Below, piece after piece: positions 45,297 through 55,723 of a DNA stretch of 64,000 nucleotides. A program made the translations under genes and the position numbers. Location of the stretch: assembly GCA_963531605.1 (NCBI GenBank), contig CAUSHZ010000003.1:3824-67823 (forward strand). The letters are read 5' to 3'. The first letter of the stretch is position 1, and each line of letters begins with the position of its first letter. The DNA comes from an uncultured Actinomyces sp. (lineage in GTDB: Bacteria > Actinomycetota > Actinomycetes > Actinomycetales > Actinomycetaceae). Under the pieces are notes generated by a model, which made no database searches, had not been told where the DNA came from, and saw only the letters and a program-made list of their open reading frames with translations.

Positions 45297-45802
45297 GAAT
45301 GCTCCAACTGCTGGGCGATGGCGGTGACGACGTCGTCGACGGGACCGGGCCCAGACTCGACGACGATGGTAGCGACTGCTCGGTAGTGCGGCTCGCGCTC
45401 GGTGCGCAGGCGCGCGAGCGTCCCGGACGGATCCTTGGCCAGCAGCGGCCGATGCGTCTTCGAGGCGGTGCGGCGAACGAGCTCCTCGTGGGGAGCATCA
45501 ATGTAGACGACCGTGTGCCCAGACAGGAGCTCACGAACGGCGGGAGTCGCCGCCGCTCCCCCACCCAACGACACGACGGCCTCGTGCGCGAGCGCGTCAG
45601 CGACTGCTGCGGTCTCCATCAGCCGAAATGCGGCTTCTCCGTCGGAAGCGAAAATATCGGCAATCGGACGGCCTTCGCGCTCGACGATCAGCGCATCGGT
45701 ATCGATGTGCGCGACACCGAGACGCTCGGCCAGGAGCCGTCCGACCTTGGACTTGCCCGCACCGGGCAAGCCCACGAGGACGACGGGTCCCTGAGCGCTC
45801 AT
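45293..45802 (-). CDS. aroK: Shikimate kinase
   Basis: GLPGAGKS, DTD, GEAAFR, SLGGG, RPLL. Confidence 0.93.
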   Translation of the reverse strand: MSAQGPVVLVGLPGAGKSKVGRLLAERLGVAHIDTDALIVEREGRPIADIFASDGEAAFRLMETAAVADALAHEAVVSLGGGAAATPAVRELLSGHTVVYIDAPHEELVRRTASKTHRPLLAKDPSGTLARLRTEREPHYRAVATIVVESGPGPVDDVVTAIAQQLEHS

Positions 45803-47010
45803 GCGCGCTCCCCCACCGCCGCGAGGTAAGCCTGAAGATTCCTGCGCATCTCGCCAACCGATCGTCCGCCCGCGTGATCCGACAGGGCGTCGGCGAGCAC
45901 GAGGGCCACCTCGGCCTCGGCGATCACTGCGCCGGGCACGACCTGGCAGGTGTCGGAGCGCTGGTGCAAGCCCACGGCCTCCTCACCCGTCGCGAGGTCG
46001 ACGCTGCGCAGCGCGTGCGGAACGGTCGAGATCGGCTTGAAAGCGGCGCGCGCGACGATCGGCGCGCCGTTGGAGGTGCCGCCTTCGATGCCTCCGGCGT
46101 GGTTAGACGTACGAGTGAGATGACCGTCCTCGCCACGCACGATCTCGTCGTGGGCCGCGGAGCCGAGCAGGGCTGCCTGCGCGAAGCCGTCGCCGATTTC
46201 AACGCCCTTGACGGACTGGATCGACATGAGGGCGGCCGCCAGGCGCGCATCGAGGCGCTCGCGAGCGGTCACGTGAGTGCCCAAGCCGACCGGAACGTCG
46301 TATGCGATAACTTCGGCGACGCCGCCGATTGTGTCACCCGCCTGCTTGGCGCCGTCGACGGCCGCCTCGAAGCGGGCGTTATCCTCCGGATCAAGCGTGC
46401 GCATTGAGGCCTCGCACAGTGCCACTTCGTCGTCGGGCGTGGGAGTCGACGAGGCCGTGGCACTGTGCGCTCCGACAGAGACGACGTGGGACACGAGACG
46501 AACGCCCGCGACCTGCTCCAGGAGAGCTTCGGCGAGCACACCGAGTGCAACCCGCGCGGCGGTCTCGCGGGCGCTGGCACGTTCAAGAACAGGGCGTGCC
46601 TCGGACAGGTCGTAGGACAGCATGCCGGGAAGATCCGCGTGACCGGGCCGGGGCCTCGTCAGTGGTCGATTACGAGCGATCTCGCGCTCGTCACCCGTTC
46701 CCGCATCGATGAGAAGCGCCGACGGATCGACCGGATCGGCACTCATCACCGTCTCCCACTTGGACCACTCGGAGTTACCAATGCGGATAGCCACCGGGGC
46801 ACCGGTTGTGACTCCATGACGCACACCGGCCAGGATCGACACCTCGTCGGCCTCGAACTTCTGGCGCGCGCCGCGGCCATACCCGAGGCGCCGGCGCGCG
46901 AGGCCGCGGCGCAGGTCCTCGGTCGTCACATGCAAACCGGAAGGCAACCCCTCGATCGTTGCGAGCAGTGCGGGTCCGTGCGATTCACCGGCGGTCATCC
47001 ATCTCAGCAT
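45799..47010 (-). CDS. aroC: Chorismate synthase
   Basis: TAGESHG, RPGHAD, RASARET, KPIST. Confidence 0.97.
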   Translation of the reverse strand: MLRWMTAGESHGPALLATIEGLPSGLHVTTEDLRRGLARRRLGYGRGARQKFEADEVSILAGVRHGVTTGAPVAIRIGNSEWSKWETVMSADPVDPSALLIDAGTGDEREIARNRPLTRPRPGHADLPGMLSYDLSEARPVLERASARETAARVALGVLAEALLEQVAGVRLVSHVVSVGAHSATASSTPTPDDEVALCEASMRTLDPEDNARFEAAVDGAKQAGDTIGGVAEVIAYDVPVGLGTHVTARERLDARLAAALMSIQSVKGVEIGDGFAQAALLGSAAHDEIVRGEDGHLTRTSNHAGGIEGGTSNGAPIVARAAFKPISTVPHALRSVDLATGEEAVGLHQRSDTCQVVPGAVIAEAEVALVLADALSDHAGGRSVGEMRRNLQAYLAAVGERA

Positions 47011-47070
47011 GCCTCCCAGTGTCCCACAGGCGACAAGCCTTGTGCGAAACGGCTCTCACGAGCTGAACGG

Positions 47071-48111
47071 TCACGACTGAGGCGTCTGATCCCCGTTCGT
47101 AGGGGCACCGGGTTCTGTCCCAAGAATGTCGATGACGACGCACAGCGTGTCGTCACCGGCGGCCAGGTCCGGAGGGATCGTGATGGCGAGTCGCGACCCC
47201 ACCTTCTGGTCAACGAGAGCCGTCGCCAGACCCTTCATTGCCGTCCCCAGGTTAATGACCTCGGGCACGCCGGTCTCCCACGTGGACACACGCACGGTGC
47301 CATCGGTCCAGCCGAGAACCGTGAACTGGGCGACGACCCGGTCGCCTTCGTGGACCTGCACCCCGTCACCCTTGATAAGGGTCTGGGTCGTGACGCCGCC
47401 GGGAAGTGTGTCAATGTGGCTGATGATCGGCCCATCCGGGCTCATCTCGACGCTCATTGGGCCGACGCTGGCGTCGACCGATGTGCCGGTTGCGATCGAC
47501 GGAAGAATATCGACGACGTCGACTTCGATGGTGTTCGGCGATCCGTCGCCCATCGTGATGGAACGGAATGCGAGCACACGTGTCCCCTCGCGCTTGCCGG
47601 TCACCAGACGCGAAAGGTCGTCATCGATCTGGCCGGAGCCGACGATGCCGAGGCTCATCTGAGGACGGCCAGATTCGGAGAGCATGCGTCCACTGGTTCC
47701 GTCGAAAGCGGTGACGGAGACGAGAACGGGTGAGCCTTCGGTGATCTCGCGACCGCTGCCTTCCTCGAGCACGCGCGCTTTGAAACCGTCGATCTCCAGC
47801 GGTGCCTTGATCTCGATGGTCGGTGTCGCACCAACGCGGCCGGAGACGGTCACTCGGTCGAAGAGTGCGAGGCTCGGCGACTGTGTGGTGGCTTCGGGCA
47901 CGCTCGCTTCGTCTGCGGAGGGACGGGGATGGAACGCCCACCAGGCAAGCACGCCTCCCGCGGCGATGAGAACCACCGCAAGCACAACGCGCAGCAGGAT
48001 AACGGCACGCGAGGTGCCGCGGGAGCGCTGCGCACGCGCGGCCGCGCGCTGGGAGGATCCGCGTGCGCGGCTAACGGCACGGGACTCGGTGGACGGCGAC
48101 TCGGGGCTCAT
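47071..48111 (-). CDS. Membrane-anchored tandem FKBP-like protein
   Basis: N-terminal TM helix, two FKBP-like repeats (QKVGSRLAITIPPDLA); position after pafA. Confidence 0.75.
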   Translation of the reverse strand: MSPESPSTESRAVSRARGSSQRAAARAQRSRGTSRAVILLRVVLAVVLIAAGGVLAWWAFHPRPSADEASVPEATTQSPSLALFDRVTVSGRVGATPTIEIKAPLEIDGFKARVLEEGSGREITEGSPVLVSVTAFDGTSGRMLSESGRPQMSLGIVGSGQIDDDLSRLVTGKREGTRVLAFRSITMGDGSPNTIEVDVVDILPSIATGTSVDASVGPMSVEMSPDGPIISHIDTLPGGVTTQTLIKGDGVQVHEGDRVVAQFTVLGWTDGTVRVSTWETGVPEVINLGTAMKGLATALVDQKVGSRLAITIPPDLAAGDDTLCVVIDILGTEPGAPTNGDQTPQS

Positions 48112-49493
48112 GCGGGAATCGTAGGAGACTGAGCGTCGATCTGCGCGATGAGCGCGTCGACACGCGGGTCGGTCGTGGCTAACGGATCCTGCAAGGACAA
48201 CGGAATCGTCGAAGACTCGTCGAGACGCACGTGCACCCAGTCGACGCTCAGGTCGGCACGGGCGTCTTCGGCGGCTGCGATGATACGTCCGCGCAAACTC
48301 GCGCGGGTGGTCGCTGGTGGGACCGTTTGCGCGCGACGGACACCTTCGGCAGTCGTGAGGCGTCGCATAAGGCCCGCACGTTCCATTCGCTCCCACAGGC
48401 CGTCTGCGGTGATATCGGAGTACGACAGCTCGAGGCGCGCCACGCGCGGATCAGTAAGGCTCGCTCCACTCCTCGCGCAGTACGACGTGAGGAGCTTGTG
48501 CTTGATCGCGATGTCGAGCTCGGTGTCGATGCTGCTCCAGTCGCCGCTGGCGATGGCATCGATGCCTCGGCCCCACAGGTCGACGACGTAGGCGCGCATC
48601 GGATCCAGATCCGCGACGGGAATGCGGCTGAGCACGCGCTCGCGGATCTCTCGTTGCAGCGCGACGGCGCTTGTCGTGCGCCCATTGGCAAGCTCGAGGG
48701 GCGCTGAGCCAGACAGATCCGAGTTGACCTCGCGGATCGCACGCATCGGATCAGCGAGCGCCAGATCTTCGATCTGCAGCCCGTCCTCGATCGCGTGGAT
48801 GAGGAGCTCGGTCATCCCGACTTTCAGTGCAGTCGTCGGCTCGGCGACGTTCGTGTCACCGACGATGACGTGCATGCGTCGGTATGCGCCGGAATCAGCC
48901 AAGGCCTCGTCGCGCGTGTTAATGATCGGACGCGAGCGTGTGGTCGCCGAGGACACAGCGTCCCACATCTGATCGGCGCGCTGGGAGAACTGGAGGCGCG
49001 GAGATGCCGCAGCGGTGTTGATCCACCCGTTGCCGACCAGGATCTGGCGCGTCACGAAGAACGCGACGAGCGCATCGGCGACCTGACGGAAGTCGCGGCG
49101 TCGATGGAGAAGGTAGTTCTCGTGGCAGCCGTAGGAGTTGCCCTGTGAGTCCAGATTGTTGCGGAACAGATGCAGGTGCAGGTCTGAGCCGAGCTCGGCC
49201 AGGGCCTCGTCTGCCTGGACGGCCAGATCCGCAAGCATGGAGGCGCCAGCGCGATCCTGCGCAAGCAAATCCTCCAGACGATCGCACTCGGCAGTCGCGT
49301 ACTCGGGATGAGCGCCCACGTCAAGGTAGAGGCGCCCGCCGTTACGCAGGAACAGGTTCGACGAACGCCCCTGATGCAGGAGCGGTTCGAACAGCTGGCG
49401 AGCGGCGTGCTCGGCATCCATCGGGGCGCCCCCGCTCGGGGAGGCGGCCGTGAGCCCGTACTCCGTTTCGATGCCGAAAACTCGACGCCTCAC
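48108..49493 (-). CDS. pafA: Pup-protein ligase
   Basis: [45 protein letters not shown]. Confidence 0.95.
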   Translation of the reverse strand: MRRRVFGIETEYGLTAASPSGGAPMDAEHAARQLFEPLLHQGRSSNLFLRNGGRLYLDVGAHPEYATAECDRLEDLLAQDRAGASMLADLAVQADEALAELGSDLHLHLFRNNLDSQGNSYGCHENYLLHRRRDFRQVADALVAFFVTRQILVGNGWINTAAASPRLQFSQRADQMWDAVSSATTRSRPIINTRDEALADSGAYRRMHVIVGDTNVAEPTTALKVGMTELLIHAIEDGLQIEDLALADPMRAIREVNSDLSGSAPLELANGRTTSAVALQREIRERVLSRIPVADLDPMRAYVVDLWGRGIDAIASGDWSSIDTELDIAIKHKLLTSYCARSGASLTDPRVARLELSYSDITADGLWERMERAGLMRRLTTAEGVRRAQTVPPATTRASLRGRIIAAAEDARADLSVDWVHVRLDESSTIPLSLQDPLATTDPRVDALIAQIDAQSPTIPA

Positions 49494-49494
49494 G

Positions 49495-49671
49495 TCACTG
49501 GCCGCCCTTCTGGACGAAGCCCTGGACGAACGCTTCGGCGTTGGTTTCGAGAACGGAGTCGATCTCGTCGAGGAGGGAGTCGATCGACGAGGTGCGAGCC
49601 TGAACCTGGCCGGCCGCCTCGAGAGCGTCGTCTTCGGGGGTCGGGCCACCAGCAAAAATCTGATTCGACAT
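49495..49671 (-). CDS. pup: Prokaryotic ubiquitin-like protein Pup (58 aa)
   Basis: [28 protein letters not shown]. Confidence 0.96.
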   Translation of the reverse strand: MSNQIFAGGPTPEDDALEAAGQVQARTSSIDSLLDEIDSVLETNAEAFVQGFVQKGGQ

Positions 49672-49696
49672 TATTCGTTCTTCTTTCTGTCGTCGT

Positions 49697-51217
49697 TCAT
49701 CGAGTAGATGTATCGCGCGCGTCGGGAAGCGGGAATCGGACGAGGTCCCCCTCGCCCGGGTCAAAGACGAGCGAGGTCCATGACGCCTTCACCAGGTCGG
49801 GTCGATTGGCGACGGCCCATCCGCGGACGTGAGCGCGAGTGTTCGTGGGTGCCACATCTGCGGCGCGCGCGACTTCCTCATCGGACACGAGACGGCGCAC
49901 CATGCCGGCCTTCGCGAGTCGATAGACGAGGCCGTGGCTGGGACGCAGGTCAGCCCACTGCAGGTCAATGGCGGCCAGACGCGGATCGGTCCACTCGAGC
50001 CCGGCGCGTTCCTTCTGTCGCTTGACAAGCTGGTACTTGCCCACCCATTCGACCTCGGTCGCCACTGAGAAAAGATCGGCGCGCATGCGATCAAGCACCG
50101 ACTGCCACAGGGTGAGGATCTCGTGGTCGGCCTCCGTGGGTGTCGTTCCCGTTTCCTCGAAAGCGTCGAGGACCAGATCCAGGTACACCTGCTGGAGCTC
50201 AGCGGCTGTGTAGGCGCCGCCCGCTGTCGTCACCTTGTAGTCCAGGTCGGGATGATGCGACACGTTCCAGGTCTCCTGCACCGGATCGTCCATGACGATC
50301 GAATCCCAGCGCAGGTCCGTGCCCTGCTCGATTGCCCACAGGACGAGCGACGTCGTTCCGAAACGCAGGAAGGCCGAGACATCGAACATGTTGCCGTCTC
50401 CGCCGATCACGTGCAGTCGGCGGAACTGAGCCGGATTCGCATGCGGCTCGTCGCGCGTGTTGATGATCGGACGGTTGAAGGTGGTCTCCAGTCCGACTTC
50501 GTTTTCGACGAAGTCGGCTCGCTGGGACATCTGGAAGCCGGGAACCTCGCTCTTTTGCCCGCGTCCGACGCGGCCGGCCCCGCAAATGACGGGACGCGTC
50601 ACCATGAAGGGCGTGAGACCTCGGACGATCGCATCGAGGTCCGTGATACGAGGCATCTGGTAGTTCTCGTGGGTGCCGTAGGCGGCACCCTTACCGTCCG
50701 TGTTGTTCTTGACAAGGACGATGGGTTCTTCGCCCTGTTCCTCCAGGCGTGCCATGACGCGCTGGGCGATCACCTCGCCGGCGCGGTCCCACAGGAGCGC
50801 GTCGCGCGCACCGATCGTCTCGGGTGCGGAGTACTCGGGGTGCGCGTGGTCGACGTACAGGCGTGCGCCATTCGTGAGGACGGCGGTCGTCGCCGCTGGA
50901 AGGGCCAGTTCTTCGGGGGTCGGCCGGGCGACGCGTTCCGAACCGCCAGACGGTGCGAGGTGGTACGGATCGTCAGTAAGAAGCGACGGGTCGGCAGCCG
51001 CACGTGACATACGCATGCCGCGCAGATCGTTCAGCGGATCCTCCCCCGTGTAGTCCCAGCGGACGACGCCTGCGCCCTGGGCAGGCGTGCCATCGCGGCT
51101 GATCTCTCCGTACGTGGTGACAACCTTCGTCGACAGAGCGATCGGGTTTGCCCACGCGTCGCCCGGACGGTACACGCCGTACTCGGTCTCGGTACCAATA
51201 ATGCGTTCGCTGCTCAT
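49697..51217 (-). CDS. dop: Pup deamidase/depupylase
   Basis: [41 protein letters not shown]. Confidence 0.95.
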   Translation of the reverse strand: MSSERIIGTETEYGVYRPGDAWANPIALSTKVVTTYGEISRDGTPAQGAGVVRWDYTGEDPLNDLRGMRMSRAAADPSLLTDDPYHLAPSGGSERVARPTPEELALPAATTAVLTNGARLYVDHAHPEYSAPETIGARDALLWDRAGEVIAQRVMARLEEQGEEPIVLVKNNTDGKGAAYGTHENYQMPRITDLDAIVRGLTPFMVTRPVICGAGRVGRGQKSEVPGFQMSQRADFVENEVGLETTFNRPIINTRDEPHANPAQFRRLHVIGGDGNMFDVSAFLRFGTTSLVLWAIEQGTDLRWDSIVMDDPVQETWNVSHHPDLDYKVTTAGGAYTAAELQQVYLDLVLDAFEETGTTPTEADHEILTLWQSVLDRMRADLFSVATEVEWVGKYQLVKRQKERAGLEWTDPRLAAIDLQWADLRPSHGLVYRLAKAGMVRRLVSDEEVARAADVAPTNTRAHVRGWAVANRPDLVKASWTSLVFDPGEGDLVRFPLPDARDTSTR

Positions 51218-52758
51218 TTCACCGTTCCAATCGGCTTCACGCTGATGATTTCCGGGGCCAGCCCGCTGGTGCGCGCCCAGTCTTCCGGCGAGGAGGTGGC
51301 CGCAAGTTCGAGAGACTCGTTCATCTCCTCGTGGACCCCGCGCAGCAGATGATCCATGCTCAGGCCAGTAGAGGCACCCGTCAACGCGTCCTTAATCGCG
51401 TACTTCTTGGCGCGTTCGACGATGCCGGCAATGAGTGCGCCGGACACGAGGTCGGACAGGTAGATGCGCTTGTGGTCACCATTCACCAGGGTTGCGAGGA
51501 AGAGCGCAGTCGTCTCGTTCCGCGCGTAGAGTGCGTCGACAGCTCGTTCGCTCATGCCCGCCACGGCCTCGTTAATGCCGCCGAAACGCTCGATTTCCGA
51601 GGCATGGATCGGCACCTGGGGCGTCAGATACTTCGAGAAGATGTCGAGGGCACCCGCGCGGTCGGGACGATCCACGCGGATGCGCACGTCGAGGCGCCCC
51701 GGCCGCAACACGGCCGGATCGATCATGTCCGCGCGGTTGGATGCGCCGATGATGACGACGTTGTCGAGGGATTCGACGCCGTCCATCTCGGCGAGGAGCT
51801 GCGGAACGATCATCGTTTCGACGTCTGAGGACACGCCCGTGCCACGCGTACGGAACAGGGCCTCCATCTCGTCGAAGAAGATGACGACGGGAGTGTCGCC
51901 GGCCGCAAGGGTCCGCGCACGAGCGAAAATGGCGCGAATTTGGCGCTCGGTTTCGCCCACGAACTTGTTGAGCAGTTCCGGACCCTTGATCGACAGGAAG
52001 AACGTCGATGCTCCCCCGCGCTTCGACAGCGAGTTCGCGACGGCCTTCGCGATGAGGGTCTTGCCCGAGCCGGGAGGACCATACAGGAGAATGCCTTTGG
52101 GAGGACGCAGGCCAAACTGGCGGTACAGCTCGGGATGGTTGAAAGGCATCTCGATCGAGTCGCGCACCTGAGCGATCTGATCGTCGAGACCACCGATGTC
52201 CTCGTACGTGACGTCGGGAACCTCGGGGGTGAGAAGCTGCTCGACATCCTCGCGCACGATGCGCTCGAACGCGATGCCCGAGCGGGCATCCACGACGAGG
52301 GAGTCGCCGGGGCGCAGGTTTCCGTGGCGCAGAGGCCCGGCCAGCTCGAGCAGGGTCTCGGCGCCGCCTTCCGTCGCCACGAGCACGCGGTCTGCTCCAA
52401 CCAGCTCGAGCACGGACACGACCTGCCCGCTGCGCGGGAAGTCATCCGCGGCGACGGCGATCATCGTGTCGTCGAGGCGCACCCACTGCCCGTACGACAG
52501 GTCGTTGACATCCAGCTTCGGGGCCACGGCGACACGCATACGCTTACCGCCCGTGACGACCTCGATGTGACGGGACGCGGGGAATGCTCGCACGAACGTG
52601 GCCAGAGTCTGCGGAGGGCGCGACACGTCGGCCAGCTCGCCCTGCAGCCGAATCAACTCGGTGCGCGCTGTCGTCAGCGCGGTGGTGAGTCGACCGTTCT
52701 TTTCCTCCAGCGATATCAGGCGTCGTTCGAGGGCCTGACGGGCTTCGACCTCACTCAT
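51214..52758 (-). CDS. arc: Proteasome-associated AAA+ ATPase ARC/Mpa
   Basis: N-terminal coiled coil, GPPGSGKT, FFDE, RPGRLD; no C-terminal GQYL. Confidence 0.95.
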   Translation of the reverse strand: MSEVEARQALERRLISLEEKNGRLTTALTTARTELIRLQGELADVSRPPQTLATFVRAFPASRHIEVVTGGKRMRVAVAPKLDVNDLSYGQWVRLDDTMIAVAADDFPRSGQVVSVLELVGADRVLVATEGGAETLLELAGPLRHGNLRPGDSLVVDARSGIAFERIVREDVEQLLTPEVPDVTYEDIGGLDDQIAQVRDSIEMPFNHPELYRQFGLRPPKGILLYGPPGSGKTLIAKAVANSLSKRGGASTFFLSIKGPELLNKFVGETERQIRAIFARARTLAAGDTPVVIFFDEMEALFRTRGTGVSSDVETMIVPQLLAEMDGVESLDNVVIIGASNRADMIDPAVLRPGRLDVRIRVDRPDRAGALDIFSKYLTPQVPIHASEIERFGGINEAVAGMSERAVDALYARNETTALFLATLVNGDHKRIYLSDLVSGALIAGIVERAKKYAIKDALTGASTGLSMDHLLRGVHEEMNESLELAATSSPEDWARTSGLAPEIISVKPIGTVK

Positions 52759-53800
52759 CGGTTGCTGCCTCACGTCCCTCCGGCGCCCACGTGTCGGCCT
52801 GTGCGACGACGTCGCGGCGAACCTTGCGCACCTTCTTCTCAGAGTTGACGCGCTGACCGACCTTTTCGAGCGACCAATTCTGCTCGTCGTCCCACGCGCC
52901 GCCCTGGCCTTGCGCTGCCTTCGCCGGGCGCGTTGAACGCTCCTGCGGCGTGACGCCAGGCGCGAGGAGGCGGGTGACCACCAGGAAACCGGTGTGAGCC
53001 ACCATGCGGTGCTCGGGGCGCACGGCGAGGCCGTCGAGGTGCCACTCGCGGCGCATATCCTCCCAGGCAATCGGGTCGGTGAAACGCCCGGAGGCACGCA
53101 AATCCTCGACGAGACGCGACATCTGGGTCACGGTCGCGACGTAGCACACGAGCACGCCGCCCGGAATCAGCGCATGGGTGATGGCATCGATGTTCTCCCA
53201 CGGCGCGAGCATGTCGAGCACGATGCGGTCGACGCTGCCTCGTTCGGTGGACCGCAGCACAGCGTCAACGTCACCGACGCGCAGGTCCCACGCGGGGTGA
53301 CGGCGGCCGAACCACAGGTCGACGTTGGCGCCAGCGATATCAGCAAAGTCCTGGCGGCGCTCCACGGAGATAAGACGGCCCTGCGGGCCAACCGCATCCA
53401 GGAGAGCCATCGATAGCGCGCCGGAGCCAGCGCCGGCCTCGACGACGGTCGCGCCGGGGAAGATATCACCCATGTGGGTGATGACCCCAGCGTCCTTGGG
53501 GTAGACGACGGCGGCACCGCGGGGCATCGACATCACGTAGTCAACCTGAAGCGGGCGTAGGATCTGGAACTGGCGGCCTTCCTCCGTGACGATCACCTGG
53601 CCGTCGGGACGGCCAATGACGTCGTTATGGTCGAATCCGCCGCGGTTGGACTGGAAACGACCCCCGCTCACGAGAATCACCTGGTGGAAGCGTCCCTTGG
53701 GGTCGCGAACCTGCACACGGTCACCCACGGAAAGGACGCCTCGGCGGGTGGGCTGGCCAAAATCGGTGGCCGACATCGAAGTATTACGCTGAATAGTCAT
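52751..53800 (-). CDS. trmI: tRNA (adenine-58-N1)-methyltransferase
   Basis: MPRGAAVVYPKD, EAGAGSG, LDMLAPW, HTGFL. Confidence 0.94.
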   Translation of the reverse strand: MTIQRNTSMSATDFGQPTRRGVLSVGDRVQVRDPKGRFHQVILVSGGRFQSNRGGFDHNDVIGRPDGQVIVTEEGRQFQILRPLQVDYVMSMPRGAAVVYPKDAGVITHMGDIFPGATVVEAGAGSGALSMALLDAVGPQGRLISVERRQDFADIAGANVDLWFGRRHPAWDLRVGDVDAVLRSTERGSVDRIVLDMLAPWENIDAITHALIPGGVLVCYVATVTQMSRLVEDLRASGRFTDPIAWEDMRREWHLDGLAVRPEHRMVAHTGFLVVTRLLAPGVTPQERSTRPAKAAQGQGGAWDDEQNWSLEKVGQRVNSEKKVRKVRRDVVAQADTWAPEGREAATDE

Positions 53801-53879
53801 TACGTAAAGGATACCGCTTGCCACCTGCTGCGCCCATGGCAGGACACAGATGAGGGTGGGAGGGGTTAGCGTGGTATTC

Positions 53880-54734
53880 ATGACAGACCTGATCACCCCT
53901 TCTGCAAACGAGCGCACGTGGGAACCCGCTCTCTCGGCCTCGCGAGCGAAGGAATACGAGCGATGCCCCCTGCAGTACCGCCTTCACGTCCTGGACGGGT
54001 ACCGCGAACCGGAAACACGCGCGAAGGCGCTGGGAACAATCGTGCATGCGGTGCTGGAAAATCTGTTCGCCCTGCCCGCTCAAGAGCGCACGCCCGAAGC
54101 TGCGCGCGTCCAGGTGTGGCCACAATACGAGGCCCTGGCGTCGAAGAACCCGGAGGTTCCCGCGTTATTTCGTGACGATGCGGACCGCGATGCCTGGCTT
54201 GACGAGGCACGCGCGGTCATCGACGGGTACTTTGCGATTGAGCAGCCTCAGTGGATCGCGCCCGCAGCGCTCGAGCAGCGCGTGACAACGACGACATCGG
54301 GAGGCGTGCGTCTCCTCGGTTTCATCGACCGTGTGGACCGCGCCCCCGACGGGCGGCTGCGGGTCGTGGATTACAAGACCGGAAAGGCACCGGGCCCGCG
54401 TTACGTGGACGAGGCCCTGTATCAGCTGCGTTTCTACGCGCTGCTCCTCGCGCGCACGCAGGTGCTTCCTTCTCGCATGCAGCTCGTCTACCTGAAAGCC
54501 GGCCAGGTCATCACCTTCGATCCTGAGGCGGGCGATATCGCGAACTTTGAGCGTCACATTGATCAACTCTGGGACTCGATCGCCCGCGACATCGAGAATG
54601 ACTCGTTCACACCGCGCAAGAATCCGCTGTGCAACTGGTGCGGGGTGCGAACGCTCTGCCCGGTGTTCGGTGGAACCACTCCCCCGCTCCCCGAGCAACA
54701 CGCACGGTGGCTGTCGCGGACTCGGCTAGGCTAG
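53880..54734 (+). CDS. RecB-family PD-(D/E)XK nuclease with Fe-S-type cysteines
   Basis: CP...GFIDRVD...VDYKTG...CNWC..LCP; divergent from trmI, as is usual in actinobacteria. Confidence 0.88.
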   Translation: MTDLITPSANERTWEPALSASRAKEYERCPLQYRLHVLDGYREPETRAKALGTIVHAVLENLFALPAQERTPEAARVQVWPQYEALASKNPEVPALFRDDADRDAWLDEARAVIDGYFAIEQPQWIAPAALEQRVTTTTSGGVRLLGFIDRVDRAPDGRLRVVDYKTGKAPGPRYVDEALYQLRFYALLLARTQVLPSRMQLVYLKAGQVITFDPEAGDIANFERHIDQLWDSIARDIENDSFTPRKNPLCNWCGVRTLCPVFGGTTPPLPEQHARWLSRTRLG

Positions 54735-54738
54735 ACGC

Positions 54739-55671
54739 ATGGACTTGAAGCAATGCGGCCGCACCGGGCTCTACCTCTCGGCTATTGGCATCGGCACGCT
54801 CACCTGGGGCCGCGACACCGACGGCCCCGAAGCTCTCGACATGCTGCGCCGTTTCGTCGACGCAGGCGGCAACCTTGTGGAATGTTCCGCGTCCCATGGC
54901 GACGGTATGGCGGTCGACATTTTGTCCGAGGCCATGTCAGCTGTGGGTCGCCACCGCGTGGCGGTGGCGTGGCGCGGCGGCGTTCGACGGGCGTCCGAAG
55001 GCGCGTGGGTGAGCGCCGCGGGGCGCGGCGATCTGCTGCGCAGTCTCGATGAAGCCCTCGCACGGTTGGACACGGACTACGTGGACGTGTGGATGGTCGA
55101 ACCGCGCCCGGAGGTTCCCCTAGAGGAGACACTCGAGGCGGCAAGTGCAGCCTACCGCTCTGGTCGTGCACGCTACGTGGGCCTGTCGCGGGCGACGCAT
55201 TGGCAGCTTGCCGAGGCCGTCACGCGCGGCGTGGTTGGTGCCAGCGCTCCGATCTCGGTGGTGGAATTCCCCTTCTCACTCGCCGATACCTCGCGCGGAG
55301 CGACGGTTGCCGAGCTGAGTGAACACGGGGTCGGCGTGATCGCCGCATCCGCGCTGGCCGGCGGTGCTCTGACGGGCAAGTACCGCCACTCCACGCCCGC
55401 GGATTCACGTGCTGCTTCACCTCATTTACGCCATCTGGTCGAGGGACACCTGACGGGTTCTGCGCGCGCCGTGATCGAGGCCGCCACGCGCGCGGGCGCG
55501 GGACTGGAGCGCTCGACGGGCGACGTTGCACTTGCGTGGGTGCGTGATTATCCGGGAGTCACGAGTGCCCTCGTCGGTCCCCGCACGTTGCGCCAGTTGG
55601 AGACCCTGCTGGACTACACCGAGCCATTACCGGTGCCCATCCGGCAGGTGCTCTCCGAGGTGGCTCAGTAA
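54739..55671 (+). CDS. Aldo/keto reductase-fold protein (catalytic residues substituted)
   Basis: GRTGL..SAIGIGTLTWG, LARLDTDYVD, GRARYVG, LAGGALTGKY. Confidence 0.8.
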   Translation: MDLKQCGRTGLYLSAIGIGTLTWGRDTDGPEALDMLRRFVDAGGNLVECSASHGDGMAVDILSEAMSAVGRHRVAVAWRGGVRRASEGAWVSAAGRGDLLRSLDEALARLDTDYVDVWMVEPRPEVPLEETLEAASAAYRSGRARYVGLSRATHWQLAEAVTRGVVGASAPISVVEFPFSLADTSRGATVAELSEHGVGVIAASALAGGALTGKYRHSTPADSRAASPHLRHLVEGHLTGSARAVIEAATRAGAGLERSTGDVALAWVRDYPGVTSALVGPRTLRQLETLLDYTEPLPVPIRQVLSEVAQ

Positions 55672-55723
55672 GGCACGCTTCACGCGATCGGCCCCACCCA
55701 TCTATAACAAGCTAGTGATCGAA

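Noticed and set aside
53880..54734. Cas4-like nuclease suggesting CRISPR
   Set aside because: No repeat-spacer array or other cas genes; it sits in the usual actinobacterial position divergent from trmI.
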